Of a stretch of DNA of 64,000 nt, positions 60,761 to 64,000 are shown piece by piece; position 1 is the first letter of the stretch, and every line of letters begins with the position of its first letter. The notes under the pieces are model-generated. The model worked only from the letters and a program-made list of their open reading frames with translations. It was not told the DNA's origin and did not search any database. Made by a program: the position numbers and the translations under genes. Origin of the DNA: Paramoeba atlantica (taxonomy: Eukaryota > Protista > Discosea); assembly GCA_977017575.1 (NCBI GenBank), contig CDRNVI010000173.1:1-64000 (forward strand), written 5' to 3'.

Positions 60761-62911
60761 TTAGTTGTTCCATAATTCAATGGACCAGGTATCAAAATCT
60801 AAAACAAGAATTGATCCAAATGAATCAATAACAACCCTAGTAGGGTTCTCCATGTAACCTTTACCAAACGAAAAAAGAAATGTTCCATCTTTCTCAAACA
60901 CACTCACCCTTTTGTTTACTTCTTCACAAACAACAATTCTACCTTCTCCATCCACATCAACACTTAGTGGACCATTGATTCGAGAATCACGTGAACCTTT
61001 TCTTCCAAAACATCGAATAAAATTCCCTTCAATATCCATCACTTGAATCCGGTCATTCCCAGAATCACAAACAACAATATTTCCATCTCTGTCAACTCCA
61101 ACACCGTTTGGTTGATTGAATTGACCTTCAGAAGAACCTTTCGAACCAAAAGAACGAAGAAAAGATCCATCATTATCAAACACTTGAATTCGATCATTCA
61201 AAGTATCAGCGACAATAATTCGACCTTCTTCATCCACATCCACACCACCTGGTTCATCAAACTGACCATCTTCATCACCATCTGATCCAAAAGATTTGAT
61301 CAATTCTCCTTCTTCGTTTAAGATTACAACTCGAAAAGAATCTTGAGACCAATCAAGAACAACAATTTGATCATTCAATCCAATTGAAACATCAATAGGT
61401 TTCAACTGAAGTGAATCAATTGTTTTCTGAATTGTTGATTCAATCATCTCATTTCCTTCTTTATCTCTCACTCTCAATCAATCACCTTCACAAACAAAAA
61501 TATTCCCATCACTGTTCACACTCATTCCCCAAGGTCGATTCTTCAAAGGAAAAGAAGAAACAACACAAAAAGAATCACCACCACCATCACAACAAATCAC
61601 TCCTTTCTTTCGAAACCCAACTCCTCCTTCGAAAACAATATCATTTGCAGTTTGAAGAAGAGTTGAAAAAAGTTGATCATCAAAAAAAAGAGAAACATCA
61701 CAATCAGTTGTTGTTGTTGTTGTTGGTGTGTTGGATAAACGAATAATTGAATCTTTTCTGATTCTTAAATCTTCTTTCTCCAATTCTATTTCTTTCTTTT
61801 CAATTCTTTTCTTTTCTAATTTATCTTCTAATTCTTTCATTTCTTCTTCAATCTTTTTTCTTTCTTCCTCAATCACAATCAATCTTTTTTCCAATTTATC
61901 TCCTATCTTCACAACTTCATTTCTCTTCTCTAAAATACTTTCTTCAATCGATTTCACTTTCTTTCTGTGATCATCATGCGTCCCAAGAATACAACAAACA
62001 CAAACAAAAGAAGAACATTGAAAACAATATCCACTGATTGTTTCAGATGGGTGTTTTGAACATTCTCTCTTCTTCAATTTCTCTAATCCCACCACCCCCA
62101 CCTCCAATCTTCTTCTTCCACCTCCCTCAACACCATCTCTTTCAGATCGTTTGTGATTTCGAGTGAAAATGTTTGAAGTGTGAGATGGATCACAAGAATC
62201 ACAATAAACATATCACATTTGGAACAAAACATTTGAGTTCGTTCTCCACACGTTCCAAAATTGGCACATTCCATTCCTCCATCTCCTATTTTGGTTTCTT
62301 TTTCATCAATTCAAGAGAGAAGGAAGGTTGACAAGAAAAGAGAGAAAAATTAAGAAAAGTGAAAAAAAACTTGATTGATTGGAGAAAGAGAGCAAATTTG
62401 AAGAAAGAAGAACATCAATCGTTTCTGGAATCAAATAATTCATCGAAAGTGTTTCAATCGTTTCACATTCGTTCATTTCTCTACACACTGGACATTTCAC
62501 TCCTTTCTTCTTCTTTTCAGTTTGTAATGAAGATGAGCATGAAGAGGAAGAGGAAGAAGAAGAAGAAGGATTTTGATGATGAAAGAGATTGTTGAGACAA
62601 AGAGAGCAAAAAGAAAGACCACAACAAGGTAACAACCTTGGTTCTTTTTCCCAACTCATTAACTCCAAACATATTCCACATTCAAATCTTTTCTTTTTCT
62701 CTTCTTCTTCTTTCTCTCTTCTTCTCTTTATTCTCTCTCCTTCTTCTCTCTCTTTTCTTTGTTGTTCTTGATCTTCTATTTCTTGTTCTTCTCCAATATC
62801 ACTTTCATCATCATCCTTAGTTTGTTCTTTTGTTTTTCGTTTATCCTTCTTCTTCTCACTTTTCACAATCTCTATTCCTCCTCTCTTTTTCTCTCCTTTT
62901 CCTTCACTCAT
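60761..62911 (-). pseudogene. TRIM-NHL copy 20, with a frameshift and a nonsense codon
   Basis: Exon 1 is 62911-62371 and exon 2 starts at 62285 (85-nt intron). A 1-nt deletion near 62203 falls in B-box1 (TTTATTGTGAT versus TTTATTTGTGAT). In-frame TGA at 61480-61478 in NHL blade 1. Confidence 0.85.
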
Positions 62912-63590
62912 TTGTTTTCACTTCCAACCCCCAACAACAAAAAAAAAAAGAAACAACTTTTGAAAAGAGAACAAAAACACAATAAAATAGATGAAGATCT
63001 CTGTGAACAATAAAGAATCAATAACCACACACACAAAAACAAGAAAAAGAAGAAAATAAAAACCTTTTCTCAAAAAAACTCAAAAAAAGAAAGATCTCTC
63101 CCAACAAATCCAACAACAACAAAGAATGGTAAAAAAAAACACTCTCTCTCTCTCCAAAAAAAGAGGACAAAAAACTAGCAGTAGAAGAGAGAGAGACAAG
63201 AAAACGAAAATGTGGAGAGAGACTCCTCCTCAATCACAACTCACAACACACAAAAGAAAGCCTGAATAATTTCACAAAAAGAGAGAAAAAGAGAGAAAAA
63301 GTCTGTCAACAAAAAGAGACTACACACAAAAGAAATAAAAGAGAAAGAGAGAAAAGAGAGAGACCCAAGAAGATGGAAGAAGAGACGGAATAAGGGAAGA
63401 AACAAACAAAAACGAGAGAGAGAGAGAGGGAAGAAGACAGAAGAAGTGCAGATGAAGAAGGACAAGACTCTCCAAGAGACGGAAGAAGAAGAGGCGAAAG
63501 AAAGGAAGAAACAAACAAATCAAGAGAGCCCCAAAAAAAACTCTGTCTCAAGAAAAAAAGAAAAACAGAAAAATGAGAGAAAAAAAGAAA

Positions 63591-63634
63591 GGGTCCGAAA
63601 AGAGGATTCAAAACTTTTTAAACCTCTGAAAAAA
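63591..63634 (+). promoter_or_regulatory. Conserved ~44-bp spacer element, copy 10 of 10
   Basis: GGGTCCGAAAAGAGGATTCAAAACTTTTTAAACCTCTGAAAAAA, upstream of copy 20. Confidence 0.55.
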
Positions 63635-64000
63635 ATATTACAAAAACTCACCAAAAACTTTTTCTTTTTCGTTTTTCCCTCTCCTCTCTTCTCTCTCTTC
63701 TCTCTCTTCTCTCTCCTTCTCACTTCACAACTCCCTTTGTGTTTGTATCTTTCTTTCTTTATCACTCAATTTTGTGGGAGATTTTTTGTTTTGATTTTGA
63801 TAAAAGATCAAAAGTTGAAGTTGAAAGTTGATTTGAAGTTGAAAAAGTGTCAGGATTATAATGATTGAAACCAAGTTGAAATTTAATTGTCATATTAAAC
63901 TTTCTTTTTAAACAAATTTCTCTCATTGATCAACAAAATATTCATTCCTCCTTTTTGAGAAATAACAAAGGAACAAAAAAAAAGAATCTTGAGCTGTATT

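Noticed and set aside
2301-61477. Diversity-generating retroelement-like mutagenesis (variable codons often look like NAT/NNT)
   Set aside because: There is no reverse transcriptase or invariant template repeat in the window. Variable sites also change at non-A positions and include small indels. Selection on non-synonymous sites plus conversion explains the pattern.
33908-61480. TGA read-through or an alternative genetic code (in-frame TGA in copies 10 and 20)
   Set aside because: TGA terminates copies 3, 12, 18 and 19 and LUC7, and Trp is encoded by TGG. Both affected copies carry other disabling lesions.
861-63634. 44-bp element as a CRISPR repeat or a coding micro-exon (GLKSFESSFRTL)
   Set aside because: Copies are kilobases apart, occur in both orientations and have no cas genes or spacer pattern. 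The copy at 41879 has a 1-nt deletion, which argues against coding.
1-64000. Transposase, reverse transcriptase, integrase, rRNA, tRNA or telomeric repeats
   Set aside because: No recognisable motifs or structures were seen by eye. A tRNAscan/Infernal/RepeatMasker run would be needed to exclude small elements.

Overview
This is eukaryotic, AT-rich, microsatellite-laden DNA with short GT-AG introns (about 57-180 nt). It is probably from a protist, but the species cannot be identified from the sequence. Almost the whole window is one array of 21 paralogous TRIM-NHL-type loci. Exon 1 encodes a basic/acidic N-terminus and a His-less RING split by a variable poly-Ser microsatellite. One conserved phase-1 intron follows. 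Exon 2 encodes B-box1, B-box2, a coiled coil, a poly-Thr hinge and six NHL repeats. Eleven copies look intact (708-727 aa spliced), one runs off the window edge, one is N-terminally truncated but may be translatable, and eight are disrupted. The copies alternate in orientation almost perfectly (head-to-head, then tail-to-tail), and each surviving head-to-head spacer carries exactly one conserved ~44-bp element. The coiled coil and propeller scaffold are nearly invariant. The residues around each blade's Pro-Gly motif and the D-x-x-N loops differ in nearly every copy and are reassorted between copies. The inferred system is a diversifying, immune-receptor-like E3 ligase repertoire in an inversion-prone array. 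Embedded mid-array is a convergent pair: a divergent 14-3-3-like gene with a degenerate phospho-pocket and a compact LUC7. Their predicted stops are 30 bp apart and their last exons share a 20-bp inverted repeat. Exon boundaries were derived by hand from frame continuity, with no RNA evidence. Junctions in an array this repetitive could include assembly errors. Most short ORFs in the supplied track are antisense or low-complexity artefacts.
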